A DNA stretch of 64,000 nucleotides, from NCBI GenBank assembly GCA_037137395.1, contig JBAXKK010000001.1, positions 78,108 through 142,107 on the forward strand. The letters run 5' to 3'. Position 1 is the stretch's first letter, and every line of letters begins with the position of its first letter. The translations under genes and the position numbers were made by a program. Source of the stretch: Elusimicrobiota bacterium (GTDB lineage Bacteria > Elusimicrobiota > Elusimicrobia > Elusimicrobiales > UBA9959). Under the pieces are notes generated by a model. The model saw nothing but the letters and a program-made list of their open reading frames with translations. It did not search any database and had not been told where the DNA came from. Of this stretch, positions 1 to 10,309 are shown in pieces.

Positions 1-3
1 ATA

Positions 4-969
4 GTGGCCAATATCAGGAACCACATTCTTGAGCGGGGCGGCGAGATACAATACGGCGCAAAAATGACGGACATCATCATCTTTGAGGGTAAAGCTGAGG
101 GCGTTGTAATAAATGATTCTGCGCGCTACCTTTGTTCGGGCGTGTACCTGGCTATCGGCCATTCTGCGCGCGACACCTTTGAGCTGCTGCATAAAAAAAG
201 CGTCAGCCTTGAGGCTAAGCCCATCTCGGTCGGAGTGAGAGTTGAGCACCCGGCCGCGACTATTAACCTTATCAGATACGGCGACAAATATAGGGACTTT
301 CCCGGCATAGGGGCCGCCACCTATTCTTTTAACTGCACGAACCGTAAAACAGGCCGGGGCGCGTACACCTTCTGCATGTGCCCCGGCGGCGAGGTCGTGA
401 ACGCGTCCTCCGAGGAAGGCGGGCTTGCGCTGAACGGCATGAGTTACTCGGCAAGAGACTCGGCATTCTCAAACTCCGCCATCGCTGTAACCTGTCGCGT
501 GGCGGATTATGGATCGGCGCATCCGCTGGCTGGTATTGAATTCCAGAAGGATATTGAGCGTAAAGCCTTCGCGGCGGGCGGGGGAAACTGGAAAGCGCCG
601 GCGCAGAACCTTAGGGATTTCTTAAAAGGAACAATTTCGGCCGCGCTAAATAATAATTCCTGCAAAATGGGGACGCAGAGCGCTGACATCAGCGCTATCT
701 TTCCGGACTTCATCGGCGAAACGCTCCGCGCCGCTTTTAGTCAGTGGGAAACAGAATGCCCCTTATTCGCGGGTGATGACGCGATACTGATGGGGCCGGA
801 AACAAGAACCTCCTCGCCCGTAAGACTGAGGCGGAGGAAAAATTTTGAATCTTTAAATATACGAAACCTCTACCCGATCGGAGAAGGGTCGGGGTATAGC
901 GGGGGGATAACCAGCTCCGCCGCGGACGCAATAAAAGCCGTGGAGACCGCGCTGTATTCTTTGAATTGA
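4..969 (+). CDS. FAD-dependent oxidoreductase (COG2509-like), 5'-truncated by window edge
   Basis: Motifs LAIGHSARDT, YTFCMCPGG, ETRTSSPVR and YPIGEGSGYSGGITSSAADA are typical of this flavoprotein family; the N-terminus is missing. Confidence 0.85.
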   Translation: MANIRNHILERGGEIQYGAKMTDIIIFEGKAEGVVINDSARYLCSGVYLAIGHSARDTFELLHKKSVSLEAKPISVGVRVEHPAATINLIRYGDKYRDFPGIGAATYSFNCTNRKTGRGAYTFCMCPGGEVVNASSEEGGLALNGMSYSARDSAFSNSAIAVTCRVADYGSAHPLAGIEFQKDIERKAFAAGGGNWKAPAQNLRDFLKGTISAALNNNSCKMGTQSADISAIFPDFIGETLRAAFSQWETECPLFAGDDAILMGPETRTSSPVRLRRRKNFESLNIRNLYPIGEGSGYSGGITSSAADAIKAVETALYSLN

Positions 970-996
970 TATAATTAAGATCCGTATGAAAGCCTT

Positions 997-2046
997 ATGA
1001 AAGCCTTCCGCGTTTTTGCCGTGCCGGTTCTCCTGCTGCCCGTGGTTTTCGCGGTGACGCTCCTGCTGTCTTTACAATGGGAAAGAGAGTTTGTTGTTTA
1101 TCCTGCGGGGCCGGATCTGCCCCGCTTTCAGTCCGCAGATGAAGAGGAAGCGGGAGAGGTTGACGGATCAGAGGCGGCGGAAGAAGAAAGCTCTGTACAG
1201 AACAGAGAAGAAAAGGGAACGGCGCAGAGGATACGACGCGCGAGCGGTAAGCTGGAGGCTACATATCGTTTTCTCAATTTTAACAAAGACAAACTTAATA
1301 TCTCTTTTTCCATGGCCGAGGAGGAATACCGTGAGTATCTGTCCGGCTACGGTTACTCCGACGATAAACTGTCAAACCTGAACCAATGGCGGGAGAGCGC
1401 CCGCCGTAAGGAATGGGACAAAGCCGTAAAAAAGGGCGGGGAGGCAGCGGGTAAAGAGGCGTTGAAGGCGGTGGAATGGGAATATAAAGTCCGATTAAAT
1501 GAATTTTTTAATTCCCGCGGATTTGCGCTTCTGCCCGGCAATATTATTGTCTGCGACATCCCGGCCATTGTAAAGCGCAACATTCCGTTTTTAAAACCCA
1601 TGGCCCTGGCTTTTCAGAAGATATCAGAGGCCAGGGGGTATGGACCCGAGGAGACGGTTGGGGCGGTTCTCTCAATGGCGCAGACGGCCCTGCTCTATAA
1701 AATACCGGCGATGATGGAGGGCGGCCTTCACACCGGCGGCTTATTGCCCCCGGGCAGAGCGCTGCTCAGCGGCTGGGGGGACTGCGACACCAAAACAGCG
1801 CTGGCGGCTTCAATTCTCGGGAGCTGGAGCGGGATGCGCCTGGTTGGGGTTTCCGTGCCGGGCCACTACCTTATGGCAATAAGAAGAATCCCGGCCAAAG
1901 GCGACTTGTTTGTAAGATATGACGGACTTGAATATGTGCTGATAGAGCCGGCGGGTCCCGCGTGGCTTGAGCCGGGCACAGTGGGAAGAAACACCTCCGC
2001 GCTGTTGCAAGGGGCGGAGGGATATAAAATTGAGCCATTTTTTTAA
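997..2046 (+). CDS. Membrane-anchored protein with C-terminal transglutaminase-like domain
   Basis: N-terminal hydrophobic helix and acidic linker. GDCDTK...VPGHY...LIEP gives a Cys-His-Glu arrangement. Confidence 0.6.
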   Translation: MKAFRVFAVPVLLLPVVFAVTLLLSLQWEREFVVYPAGPDLPRFQSADEEEAGEVDGSEAAEEESSVQNREEKGTAQRIRRASGKLEATYRFLNFNKDKLNISFSMAEEEYREYLSGYGYSDDKLSNLNQWRESARRKEWDKAVKKGGEAAGKEALKAVEWEYKVRLNEFFNSRGFALLPGNIIVCDIPAIVKRNIPFLKPMALAFQKISEARGYGPEETVGAVLSMAQTALLYKIPAMMEGGLHTGGLLPPGRALLSGWGDCDTKTALAASILGSWSGMRLVGVSVPGHYLMAIRRIPAKGDLFVRYDGLEYVLIEPAGPAWLEPGTVGRNTSALLQGAEGYKIEPFF

Positions 2047-2102
2047 AAGCGACTGACGCGAATCCGGCGGCCTTTCGCGCCGGCCGCGCAAATGGAGGAA
2101 GC

Positions 2103-2642
2103 ATGTTTAACACAAGAGTGATAGTCAGCCTGTTTGAATTCGCGCTCGCGGTGGCGATGTCCGGGTTGATAATAGCCCTGACTTACAAGGTGTTTATAAG
2201 GGCAAATCCGGACTTTGACATGGAGGCAGAAATAAAAAAAGGCAACACCGCGGTAGGCGCGCTGATGGCGGCGATACTTTTATCAGCCTCCATGATAGTT
2301 CAGAAGGGTATGGGCGCCGTGGTCAGTATGTTTCGTCTCTATATTTCCGCTCCCGGCGAGAGCCAGTTCGGATTGGGGAAACTGACGCTGCTCTGTCTCG
2401 GCCATCTTGGCATTTCAATGCTGCTTGCCGTGATCACTATTTCGGTCACGCTGAGGCTTTTCGGCAGGTTGGATAAAAGCCTGCATGCCGGCAAAGAACT
2501 CCAGAAGGGAAACCTGGCGGTGGGAATACTGCTCGCGGGCGTCGTGTTGGTGGCAGCGCTTTACGTGGGGGAGGGAGTCAGTTCCATTTCAAAAGCCATG
2601 GTCCCACAGCCGTCTATAGGCCGCATAGAGATAATGAAATAG
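2103..2642 (+). CDS. DUF350-family membrane protein
   Basis: Two internal repeats EI/ELxKGNxAVG between hydrophobic helices; GGAGG RBS. Confidence 0.75.
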   Translation: MFNTRVIVSLFEFALAVAMSGLIIALTYKVFIRANPDFDMEAEIKKGNTAVGALMAAILLSASMIVQKGMGAVVSMFRLYISAPGESQFGLGKLTLLCLGHLGISMLLAVITISVTLRLFGRLDKSLHAGKELQKGNLAVGILLAGVVLVAALYVGEGVSSISKAMVPQPSIGRIEIMK

Positions 2643-2687
2643 CGGGCGCGGCCGCTTTGTCTTAAATACTTTACCCCGGAGGCATAA

Positions 2688-3200
2688 ATGGAGCAGATTA
2701 TATTGGACGTCAGAGAGCAGGACGAATTCGCGGCCGAGCATATCCCGGGGTCTATCTGGGTGCCGCTCTCTCAATTCGGCCATACTGCCCCTGGTGTCCT
2801 GCAGTCAATGCTGGGCAGGAAAATAATTATTATGTGCCGGAGCGGGAGCAGAGCGAAGCTCGCCCTTGAACAGATTTCGCAACTGGGCTTCGGCGCCCAG
2901 CTCTCAGCTGAGGTTTATGCCGGCGGAATACTGGAGTGGGCCAGGCAGGGGCGGCCGCTGGTGACTAGTAGGAGCGCGCGCCTGCCTATCATGCGGCAGG
3001 TGCAGGTAGCCGCGGGTTTTGGGGTGCTGGCGTCCGTGCTGCTTGGTTTCAGCGTGGACCAGCGGCTGGCCTGGGTGGCCGCTTTTATCGGGGCCGGGCT
3101 AATATTCGCGGGGATAACCGGTTTCTGCGGGTTGGCGAAGCTGCTCGCGCTCATGCCCTGGAATAAAACGGGGTCATCGCAGGATTGCAGCTGCGGATAA
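2688..3200 (+). CDS. Rhodanese domain + DUF2892 membrane protein (YgaP-like)
   Basis: LDVRE..EF...HIPG and the CRSGSR active-site loop; C-terminal RQVQ...GFCG..LL..MPWN. Confidence 0.85.
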   Translation: MEQIILDVREQDEFAAEHIPGSIWVPLSQFGHTAPGVLQSMLGRKIIIMCRSGSRAKLALEQISQLGFGAQLSAEVYAGGILEWARQGRPLVTSRSARLPIMRQVQVAAGFGVLASVLLGFSVDQRLAWVAAFIGAGLIFAGITGFCGLAKLLALMPWNKTGSSQDCSCG

Positions 3201-3234
3201 GCTGGTAAAGTTTATATATTTCAGAAGAGACGCG

Positions 3235-3268
3235 CCGCCGGGATCGTACGCCCGGCGGTTTTTGTTTT
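3235..3268 (+). terminator. Intrinsic terminator
   Basis: CCGCCGGG-loop-CCCGGCGG followed by a T-run, between convergent genes. Confidence 0.7.
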
Positions 3269-3321
3269 CAGGGTGAGGGTAAAAATATTTATCGCGGAAA
3301 GCTGTAACTGCAGCTTTCAGG

Positions 3322-4386
3322 CTAGCGGGTTATCTTTTGGTCCGCGCCGAAGATGTGGGCTATGAGCGCGGCCCTGGCCCACATGCCGTTGCGCTCCTGC
3401 CGCCAGAAAACGGCCCGCGGATCCGCGTCCACCGATATCTCTATCTCGTTTCTTCTGGGCAGGGGATGCATTATGACGCAGGTCTTTTTGATAAGCTTCA
3501 GGTGCTCGGACCTGAAATAAAAAGGTGAGTAGTCCACGGCTTTGGATTCGCCGGAGTGGTCGTGCTCGTCCTGAATGCGGGTCATGTAGATGGCGTCGGC
3601 TTCGCCCATGACAGATCTGAAGTCCCCGGTTTCCGTAAAAGGAATATGGTGGCGCTTCAGAAACTCCAGGATATCAGGCTCCATGCGGAACTCCTCGGGG
3701 GAAACAAAAGCCAGCGAGATATTCTTATAGTTCTTCATCAGATAAGTGAGCGAACGCACGGTCCTGCCGCGCTTCAGATCTCCGACCATTACTATCTTCT
3801 TGTTATCCATGTCTCCGTTGAAGCTGCGGTAAAGCGTGTAAGAGTCCAGAAGGGCCTGGGTGGGATGCTGGTCCTTGCCTGAGCCGCCGTTTATTATGGG
3901 GACGGGCCGGTTGGTGAGGTTCATCAGCCACGCGGTTTTTTCTACGAAGCCGGGGGTGGGATGGCGCATTATTATCATGTCCACGTAACTGGAGAAGGTG
4001 CGCACGGTGTCTTCCGGACTTTCGCCTTTAACCTCTGAGGAGGTGGAGGTGTCCCGTATCTCGGAAGTTTTTACGCCGAGTATGTGGCAGGCGTTCAGGA
4101 ACGAGAGGAAAGTTCTGGTGGACGGCTGGACGAAATAAAGCATGGCGCGCGTGTGCGAGAGAAGGCTGCCGGCGTGATCCATGCCTTCTTTTTTTTGCGT
4201 TATATCCCTTAGCGTGTCGGCGGTTTTGAAAAGGCTGGTCAGAAGTTTCCGGTCAAACTGCTGGGCGAAAAGACAATCATAAAGCCGGCCGTCCCGGCTG
4301 AAGAAAGGGATCTTCTCGGACACATTCTTTTTATAGAAATCGTCCCAGTTCGCGTTCACGCTGGTCATTTTCAGAGTTCTTTCCAT
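3322..4386 (-). CDS. pyrB: Aspartate carbamoyltransferase catalytic subunit
   Basis: PSTRT, QHPTQALLD, GDLKRGRTVRSL, YMTRIQ and MHPLPR motifs. Start reassigned to ATG 4386 (GGAAGG RBS); the longer ORF overlaps the upstream gene. Confidence 0.93.
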   Translation of the reverse strand: MERTLKMTSVNANWDDFYKKNVSEKIPFFSRDGRLYDCLFAQQFDRKLLTSLFKTADTLRDITQKKEGMDHAGSLLSHTRAMLYFVQPSTRTFLSFLNACHILGVKTSEIRDTSTSSEVKGESPEDTVRTFSSYVDMIIMRHPTPGFVEKTAWLMNLTNRPVPIINGGSGKDQHPTQALLDSYTLYRSFNGDMDNKKIVMVGDLKRGRTVRSLTYLMKNYKNISLAFVSPEEFRMEPDILEFLKRHHIPFTETGDFRSVMGEADAIYMTRIQDEHDHSGESKAVDYSPFYFRSEHLKLIKKTCVIMHPLPRRNEIEISVDADPRAVFWRQERNGMWARAALIAHIFGADQKITR

Positions 4387-4403
4387 ATGGTCCTTCCGGT
4401 GAT

Positions 4404-4940
4404 TTAATTTTCGTCTTTTTTGAGCAAAGCTTCGATGTGCAGGTTGTTCGCCCTGTCGAGCTTGACCTTTGCCGTTACCGAGCCGCTGCGCGCGTCCTTG
4501 AGCGGGTCGTTCTCGTTCAGGAAGAATTTCTCGATGCCGTAATATATGCGCGGGCCGCGCCAGGAGTCCGCCTGGACTCTGCCGCGGGCCCATAGGCTGT
4601 CCGGGGAGGACGGCGGGCGGGGCGCGCAGTTAGCGGCCTCGTAGATCGGCAGGACTTTGCCCTGCGCAGTTACGGTCCGGGTGCTTTTCCGCAGGTTGAC
4701 GTAGAGGGTTTCCCAGCCCTGAATTTTCAATAAGTCCCGGCAGTCGCCGGTCTGAGGGTCCCCTATGGCGTAATTCAGGGCCACATAGGTGCCGCTAAGG
4801 AGGTCGCGTGGGTCCACGGGTTCGGTCTCAAGATATATTTCATCGGGGCCGGCGGTCTTGTCCATGGTGAGCAGATAGCCGCCCCAGATCGTGAAGAACG
4901 CAAGTTGTATTATAAGCGCCGCGCGGAGTTTGCTCGTCAT
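4404..4940 (-). CDS. GDYXXLXY-domain membrane-anchored protein
   Basis: PVDPRDLLSGTYVALNY and YGIEKFF motifs; paired with a DUF2157 gene as is usual. Confidence 0.8.
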   Translation of the reverse strand: MTSKLRAALIIQLAFFTIWGGYLLTMDKTAGPDEIYLETEPVDPRDLLSGTYVALNYAIGDPQTGDCRDLLKIQGWETLYVNLRKSTRTVTAQGKVLPIYEAANCAPRPPSSPDSLWARGRVQADSWRGPRIYYGIEKFFLNENDPLKDARSGSVTAKVKLDRANNLHIEALLKKDEN

Positions 4941-6307
4941 TTTTTCACCGCCGCGTCTATCAGGGCTTTCCTGCCCTTATTCATGATATAGGCCAGGCCG
5001 GCGAACGCGAGCCCCGCCGTTATGAAGGCCACGCCGCTCCTCAGCAGGTTGCCGAAAATATCCACGAACCTCGTGACTATTATAAGGAAGATCAGCGCCA
5101 CGCCGGAGTTTATCCGCTTTTCATTCGAGCCGCCTGAGCCGTCCGTGATCAGGGCCAGGCCGGTTAGCAGGAGCAGCAGGTTGGCGCCCACCGCTATTAT
5201 TTTAGCGCTGGATTCGCTGGCGTCAAAGAGGAGGAAGACCATGACCATAGAGGCCACCAGTCCCGTTTTAGCGGCGGTTTCACGCCAGGTTTCCCCGCCG
5301 AAGATCTTGAAAGGCAGGCCCACAGTAAGCGTCACGGCCGCGGCGAAGACCAGCCAGACTCCCGCCACCCCCGCCGCGGCGTCGTTGTGATAGGCGACTT
5401 CGTGCGACGAGTAGTGCCAGAAAAAAGTCATGGCGTAGACTGCCGCGATCCAGGCCAGGGCCGGGAGCCTGGAGCCGCCCTCGTCATCCTGGCTTAAAGT
5501 CAGCCAGATCACGGTCAAGGAGATGAGGGCCAGCATTACGAAAACCAGGCTCTTGAGCTGGAGGGTCGTGGGGCTTATGAAAGCGAAGAACAGCCAGGCA
5601 AGCGCCAGGCCGGTGAGGCGGGCCAGCCCTCCAGTTTTGATCTTGTAAAAATACATGGCGAACGCGGTGCCGAGGAGCAAAGGCGGCCAGCACCAGTGTA
5701 GAAGCGGGGCTTCGGCTGAGCCGCGCGCGTAGGATCCTACCAGGGAGATCATGTTAACAGAGTTGAAGCTGCCGTAATACAGGATAACGAAGGAAAGGAT
5801 AGAAGCCAGTACGGCATAGATCCTGCGGGGCGAGAAAATGGCAAGCGGCAGGACCAGGGCCAGCCAGACCAGGTAGGGCTTTACGGGGTCTCCGCTGAGG
5901 TTGAAGATCTGGGCGTAAAGGCCTATGCCTATCACAGGCATGAAGAACCACAGGACTCCGGCGGGCATAGAAACGGCAGGCTTATCCTCGCAGCGGATGG
6001 CGGCTTCCGCTACGGCGGCGAAAACCGCCAGGTAGGCCAGCATCTTGGCGGCCGCGCCGATCTTGTCCCAGTTGGAGGCCACTACCAGCGAGATGCCGGT
6101 GGATATCATGAGCCCGGCCATGAGGCCTATCCAGTGGGCGGCTTTGAAAGAGGCGAACAGGCGTTTGGAATAGATATTTTCGTAAAGAGCGTCCGATTGC
6201 TGCGGAGTGATGAGTCCGTCGGCGGAGGCCGCGGCCAGATCTGTTTTAAGGCGTTTATAATATGAAGCCATTGCGTGTGCAGGTGCCGTATCTGGAGCTG
6301 CGCTCAA
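4937..6307 (-). CDS. DUF2157-domain polytopic membrane protein
   Basis: GLIT..Q and G....VASNW..I...AK motifs, AQIFNL, many TM helices; overlaps the GDYXXLXY gene by 4 nt. Confidence 0.8.
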   Translation of the reverse strand: MSAAPDTAPAHAMASYYKRLKTDLAAASADGLITPQQSDALYENIYSKRLFASFKAAHWIGLMAGLMISTGISLVVASNWDKIGAAAKMLAYLAVFAAVAEAAIRCEDKPAVSMPAGVLWFFMPVIGIGLYAQIFNLSGDPVKPYLVWLALVLPLAIFSPRRIYAVLASILSFVILYYGSFNSVNMISLVGSYARGSAEAPLLHWCWPPLLLGTAFAMYFYKIKTGGLARLTGLALAWLFFAFISPTTLQLKSLVFVMLALISLTVIWLTLSQDDEGGSRLPALAWIAAVYAMTFFWHYSSHEVAYHNDAAAGVAGVWLVFAAAVTLTVGLPFKIFGGETWRETAAKTGLVASMVMVFLLFDASESSAKIIAVGANLLLLLTGLALITDGSGGSNEKRINSGVALIFLIIVTRFVDIFGNLLRSGVAFITAGLAFAGLAYIMNKGRKALIDAAVKK

Positions 6308-6406
6308 CGGACGGCCATGTTTCCCCTTATACTATGGATTATATTAATTATTATCAAATATTACTAAAGATTGTGAACACGCCTGATGTTTTATAGAATC
6401 TAGGCC

Positions 6407-8176
6407 GTGAATATCGATAAAGAACGACTGCGGAAGATGGGGTGGTTCGCGGGGTTTGCCCTGGCTTTATCGGCTTTTTTTTTACCTGTCATCAATCCTG
6501 ACATCTTCTGGCACTTTTCAGCCGCCCGCTATATTACTGAACATTTGAGCGTGCCGCGTACCGATTTTCTGGCCTGGACTATGCCGGGCAGGGAGTGGGT
6601 GGATTTTGAATGGCTGAGCCAGCTTATACTGTACGCTCTGTACAAACTTGGCGGGTTCAGGTTGTTGGTGCTGTTTAAAGGCGCGCTGCTGGCCGCGACT
6701 GCGGTTATCTCCTGGCGCACCGCCGCCTTAGGCGGCCGGAACAGAGGGGCCTGGCTTTATATGCCGCTCTTCGCCGCTGGTATAATAACCAACAGCGATC
6801 TGCGGCCGGAGAACTTCTCGCTGCTCTTTTTCGCTTTACTGCTTTACAGGCTGGAGCGCGAGCGGGTGTGTGGCGCGCCCCGGTTTAATTTTCGCGACGG
6901 GGCCCTGACCGCTCTTTTCTTCTCCGTCTGGACCAACCTGCACGCCGGCTATCTATACGGGCTGGTGCTGCTGGCTATTTACTTCCTGGGAGGGTTTGCA
7001 AGCGCGGCCCTGCCCTTTATACAAGGCCGGGGCGCCGGCCTCCTGCCGGGGCGGTATAGCGCGTATCTGAAATACGCCATCATAGGCCTGGCCGCCACCC
7101 TGGTTAACCCTTACGGCTGGAGGATATACGGCGTCATCCTCAACCATCAGAAATATATCGGACTGCTGCAGGATTATATACAAGAGTGGAATACTTTTGA
7201 CCTGACCAATCTTTACCAGGCGCCCTATATCATAACCCTCGCGGGAGTATTTGGGCTTTTCCTGTGGCGTTTCATCAGGACCAGGGAGATAGTTTACGAG
7301 CACTTCGGGGCGCTTATCTTCTTCGCCTACGCCTCGTCTAATCATTCCAGGCATATCCCGTTCTTTATGATGACCGCGCTGCCGTATTCCGTGGCGATGC
7401 TCAGTCCGGACGCGGTGGAAGGCATGCGTAAATATTCGCTGCGCGCGTTTCAGTCCTTGGCTATGGTTGCGGTAATTCTTTACTACAACGCCCTGATCTG
7501 GCCCCGGTACACCGGCGGCTCCACGATGTTTGAATCATATTCAGAAGGGGTTTCCGATTTTCTTAAAGCCAATAAAGTCCGGCTTTCGGGCCTGCGGCTC
7601 TTCAATTATTGGGGCTGGGGGGGATTTCTGGGCTATAAACTCTATCCTGACTATAAGGTTTTTATAGACGGACGGTATCTTTTTCACGAGAAGCTTGAGG
7701 AGGCTGTTAGCGTGGGATCTTCTCCCGAATTGTGGGGAAAGTTTATTGAAAAATATAAATTTGACCTCGCGGTAATCACTCTCGATAATAATAAGATCAC
7801 GGTCAAACGCAAACTGCCCGGCGGTCGCGAGGTCATCTTCTGGCGTCCGGCTTATCTTTTTTACCTCCCTAAAAAAGAGTGGGCCGTAATCTACTGGGAT
7901 TACCGCGCGGCCGTTCTGGTGCGCAGGCAGGCGGTGGACCCGGTCTGGCTCTCGGGTATGGAATACAGGTATTTCAGGCCCGCTGATTCAGTGAATATCG
8001 TCCTGCCGGTACTTGAAGGTGAGATCCGCCTTTCCGAGCTGGATACGGAGATAAGGCGCTATCTTAAAAGCAATACTGTTTACCACGAGCAGAGCAGCGT
8101 AACCGCGGAGGTTCTGAAGTATCAGAACGCCATAAAGAAGCTCTGCAGGGAGAATACCGCAAAATGCCGGCCCTGA
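6407..8176 (+). CDS. Polytopic membrane protein, putative GT-C-fold glycosyltransferase
   Basis: PDIFWH in the first external loop, EWLSQL, LRPE, WTNLHAG, NPYG, I.EW and FIDGR; about 11 TM segments. Confidence 0.55.
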   Translation: MNIDKERLRKMGWFAGFALALSAFFLPVINPDIFWHFSAARYITEHLSVPRTDFLAWTMPGREWVDFEWLSQLILYALYKLGGFRLLVLFKGALLAATAVISWRTAALGGRNRGAWLYMPLFAAGIITNSDLRPENFSLLFFALLLYRLERERVCGAPRFNFRDGALTALFFSVWTNLHAGYLYGLVLLAIYFLGGFASAALPFIQGRGAGLLPGRYSAYLKYAIIGLAATLVNPYGWRIYGVILNHQKYIGLLQDYIQEWNTFDLTNLYQAPYIITLAGVFGLFLWRFIRTREIVYEHFGALIFFAYASSNHSRHIPFFMMTALPYSVAMLSPDAVEGMRKYSLRAFQSLAMVAVILYYNALIWPRYTGGSTMFESYSEGVSDFLKANKVRLSGLRLFNYWGWGGFLGYKLYPDYKVFIDGRYLFHEKLEEAVSVGSSPELWGKFIEKYKFDLAVITLDNNKITVKRKLPGGREVIFWRPAYLFYLPKKEWAVIYWDYRAAVLVRRQAVDPVWLSGMEYRYFRPADSVNIVLPVLEGEIRLSELDTEIRRYLKSNTVYHEQSSVTAEVLKYQNAIKKLCRENTAKCRP

Positions 8177-9393
8177 TCACCGAGCTGAAAAAACATCCGC
8201 TGGCCCTCTTCGCCGATTTCAGGCGGCTGTTCGCCGGCCGCGTCGTTTCGGCCGTGGGGGATAAGTTTTTTTCAATAGCTATAGCCTGGTGGGTTCTGAC
8301 GAAAGCGGGTGAAGATTCCAGATTCCAACTTGGTCTTATAATGGCGGTTAATGTCATTCCTGTCATTATTTTCGGACCCTTCCTGGGAACGCTGGCTGAT
8401 CGTTCCGACAAGCGGCGCGTTATGCTGGCGGCCGACGCCGCGCGCGCGGCGCTGATGCTGGTCCTGGCCGGATTTTTATGGGCGGACCGGCTTACGCTCG
8501 GCTGGCTTTACGCTCTTTGTTTTTTAATTTCGGCTTTCGGGCCGCTTTTTGAGTCCGCGGTGGCCGCGTCTATCGCGCGCCTCACCTCTCCTGAGAAGCT
8601 GCCGGCTGCGGTGGCGGCGGATTCCTCTGTGATGCAGCTGTCAAACGTCGTGGGTTCGGCTTTGGGCAGCATCCTGATGGCCGCGGCCGGCGTGGCCGGG
8701 GCTTTCTTTTTTAACGCCGCTTCTTATCTGGTTTCTTTCGGGGCGGTGTGGATGGTTAAAACTCCGCTGACGCCTGAGCCGCGCGGCGGAGCGACCTTCG
8801 CGGATGAATTCCGCGGGGGGCTGGCGTATATCTTCGGCAATAAGCCGGTCAGGGCGCTTATACTTGCCTTTGCCGCTTTTAATTTTTTTGTGGGGCCGAT
8901 CCTTATTCTGATACCTATGATAGTCAGATTCACGCTTAACGAGTCGGTAACCTGGCTTGCGGTGTTCGAGACTTTTTTCGCTCTGGGTTCGGCCGCCCTG
9001 GCTGTCGGTCTGAGTTTTAAAAAGGAGTATGGAAATATTTACGGGTGGTTCTTCGCTTCGCTGCTGATGGTGGGGTTTTCTTTCGGAGGACTTTATTTCA
9101 CCGTTAATAAAACTCTTATCTGCGCGCTGCTTTTCGCCGCCGGAGCGGCGCTGGGGGCGGGCAACGCGGTCGCGCTGACGCTGTTCCAGTCTACTGTGCC
9201 AGAAAAAATGAAGGGGCGCTTCTTCGCGGTGCTAACCACGCTGGCCTACGCAGTCCTGCCTTTGACCTTTATGCTTAACGGCGCGCTGGCGGAAAAATTC
9301 TCCATCGGGTTCTCGATAGCGCTCAACGCCTCGGCGGTTCTGGCGCTTTCCTTCGCAGTTCTGCTGCTTCCCAGAATAGAGTATAAAAGTTGA
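8164..9393 (+). CDS. MFS transporter (MFS_3/macrolide-efflux-like)
   Basis: GTLADRSDKRRVML (motif A); about 12 TM helices. Confidence 0.88.
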   Translation: MPALITELKKHPLALFADFRRLFAGRVVSAVGDKFFSIAIAWWVLTKAGEDSRFQLGLIMAVNVIPVIIFGPFLGTLADRSDKRRVMLAADAARAALMLVLAGFLWADRLTLGWLYALCFLISAFGPLFESAVAASIARLTSPEKLPAAVAADSSVMQLSNVVGSALGSILMAAAGVAGAFFFNAASYLVSFGAVWMVKTPLTPEPRGGATFADEFRGGLAYIFGNKPVRALILAFAAFNFFVGPILILIPMIVRFTLNESVTWLAVFETFFALGSAALAVGLSFKKEYGNIYGWFFASLLMVGFSFGGLYFTVNKTLICALLFAAGAALGAGNAVALTLFQSTVPEKMKGRFFAVLTTLAYAVLPLTFMLNGALAEKFSIGFSIALNASAVLALSFAVLLLPRIEYKS

Positions 9394-9404
9394 GGATTAA
9401 GGAA

Positions 9405-10304
9405 CTACCACGAGGATGTTGAAATTGAAATAGCCTCAAAACCATTTAATATCTCCTGGCGCCACTTTTCCCCCCAGCCGTCGATAGATGACAATACTTT
9501 CCCGTTTCTCATGAAGTAAAAGTATGGGGAAATGGTGAAATTAAATTCCGGGAGCCTGCTTGCCTTATAGGCGATATATATATTGCGAAAATTAAACTGC
9601 TCGCGCCATCTTAAAACTCCCATAACATCGAACTTAACCGTTAATAATACTCCATTCTTCTTAAATACGGGGGCCAATTCGGGGTCGGCCAAAATTGCTT
9701 TCATCGCGCGCTCGGCTATGGGGCAACCCGCAGATATTGAAACAATTACTTTTGGCCCGGCTTCAAGATGGAGCTCTTTAAGTTCGATTTTTTTCCCCTC
9801 TTCAAAAACATCATAAACGGGCCACCTGGCCGTCGCGGTTTCCGTATCGATGGCTATCACTTCGGGGACAGCGGGGTAATTCGCTGCGGGGAACCGCTCA
9901 CGAATCTCCGCAGCCCTGTCAAACATTCTTGTGTTGATGTAAGCCCAGTGCATATCCGAAATGTTGTGATCGGTGAAGTCGTTTCGCCGCGCCTTTTCAT
10001 TAAAAGTGTTTTGTTCCCATTCGATATAGTTCTGGTTTTCAGGGAAGTAAAAAGTAAGACTTTCGGAGACATTGTACAGTAGATTAAGCGTTTTAAGAGA
10101 ATACTTCTTAAGCCGCTTTTCCGAAAAATATTCTCCCTGTAAATTTCCGGGCAAAAAGCCTGCCTTTCTTGTCCCAAAGCCCCGCTGCGACACTTCTTTA
10201 TAGACTTCATCGGCAATTTTAACCGTCCTGATTTCCGATCGGGAACACCCGACCAGCGTTGCGGCGCAAAAAATATGAAAGCAGAAAAATAATTTATTTT
10301 TCAT
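9405..10304 (-). CDS. Hypothetical lipoprotein with C-terminal thioredoxin-like region
   Basis: Lipobox-like LVGC; SAGCP and SPYFYFMRNGKV..IDGW resemble the thioredoxin fold; AT-richer than neighbours. Confidence 0.5.
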   Translation of the reverse strand: MKNKLFFCFHIFCAATLVGCSRSEIRTVKIADEVYKEVSQRGFGTRKAGFLPGNLQGEYFSEKRLKKYSLKTLNLLYNVSESLTFYFPENQNYIEWEQNTFNEKARRNDFTDHNISDMHWAYINTRMFDRAAEIRERFPAANYPAVPEVIAIDTETATARWPVYDVFEEGKKIELKELHLEAGPKVIVSISAGCPIAERAMKAILADPELAPVFKKNGVLLTVKFDVMGVLRWREQFNFRNIYIAYKASRLPEFNFTISPYFYFMRNGKVLSSIDGWGEKWRQEILNGFEAISISTSSW

Positions 10305-10309
10305 TGATT

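Noticed and set aside
4387..4593. N-terminal extensions of pyrB (and likewise of rapZ, EIIA, lepA and the zincin) in the ORF track
   Set aside because: They overlap upstream genes or read through repeat tracts; downstream ATGs match the family N-termini.
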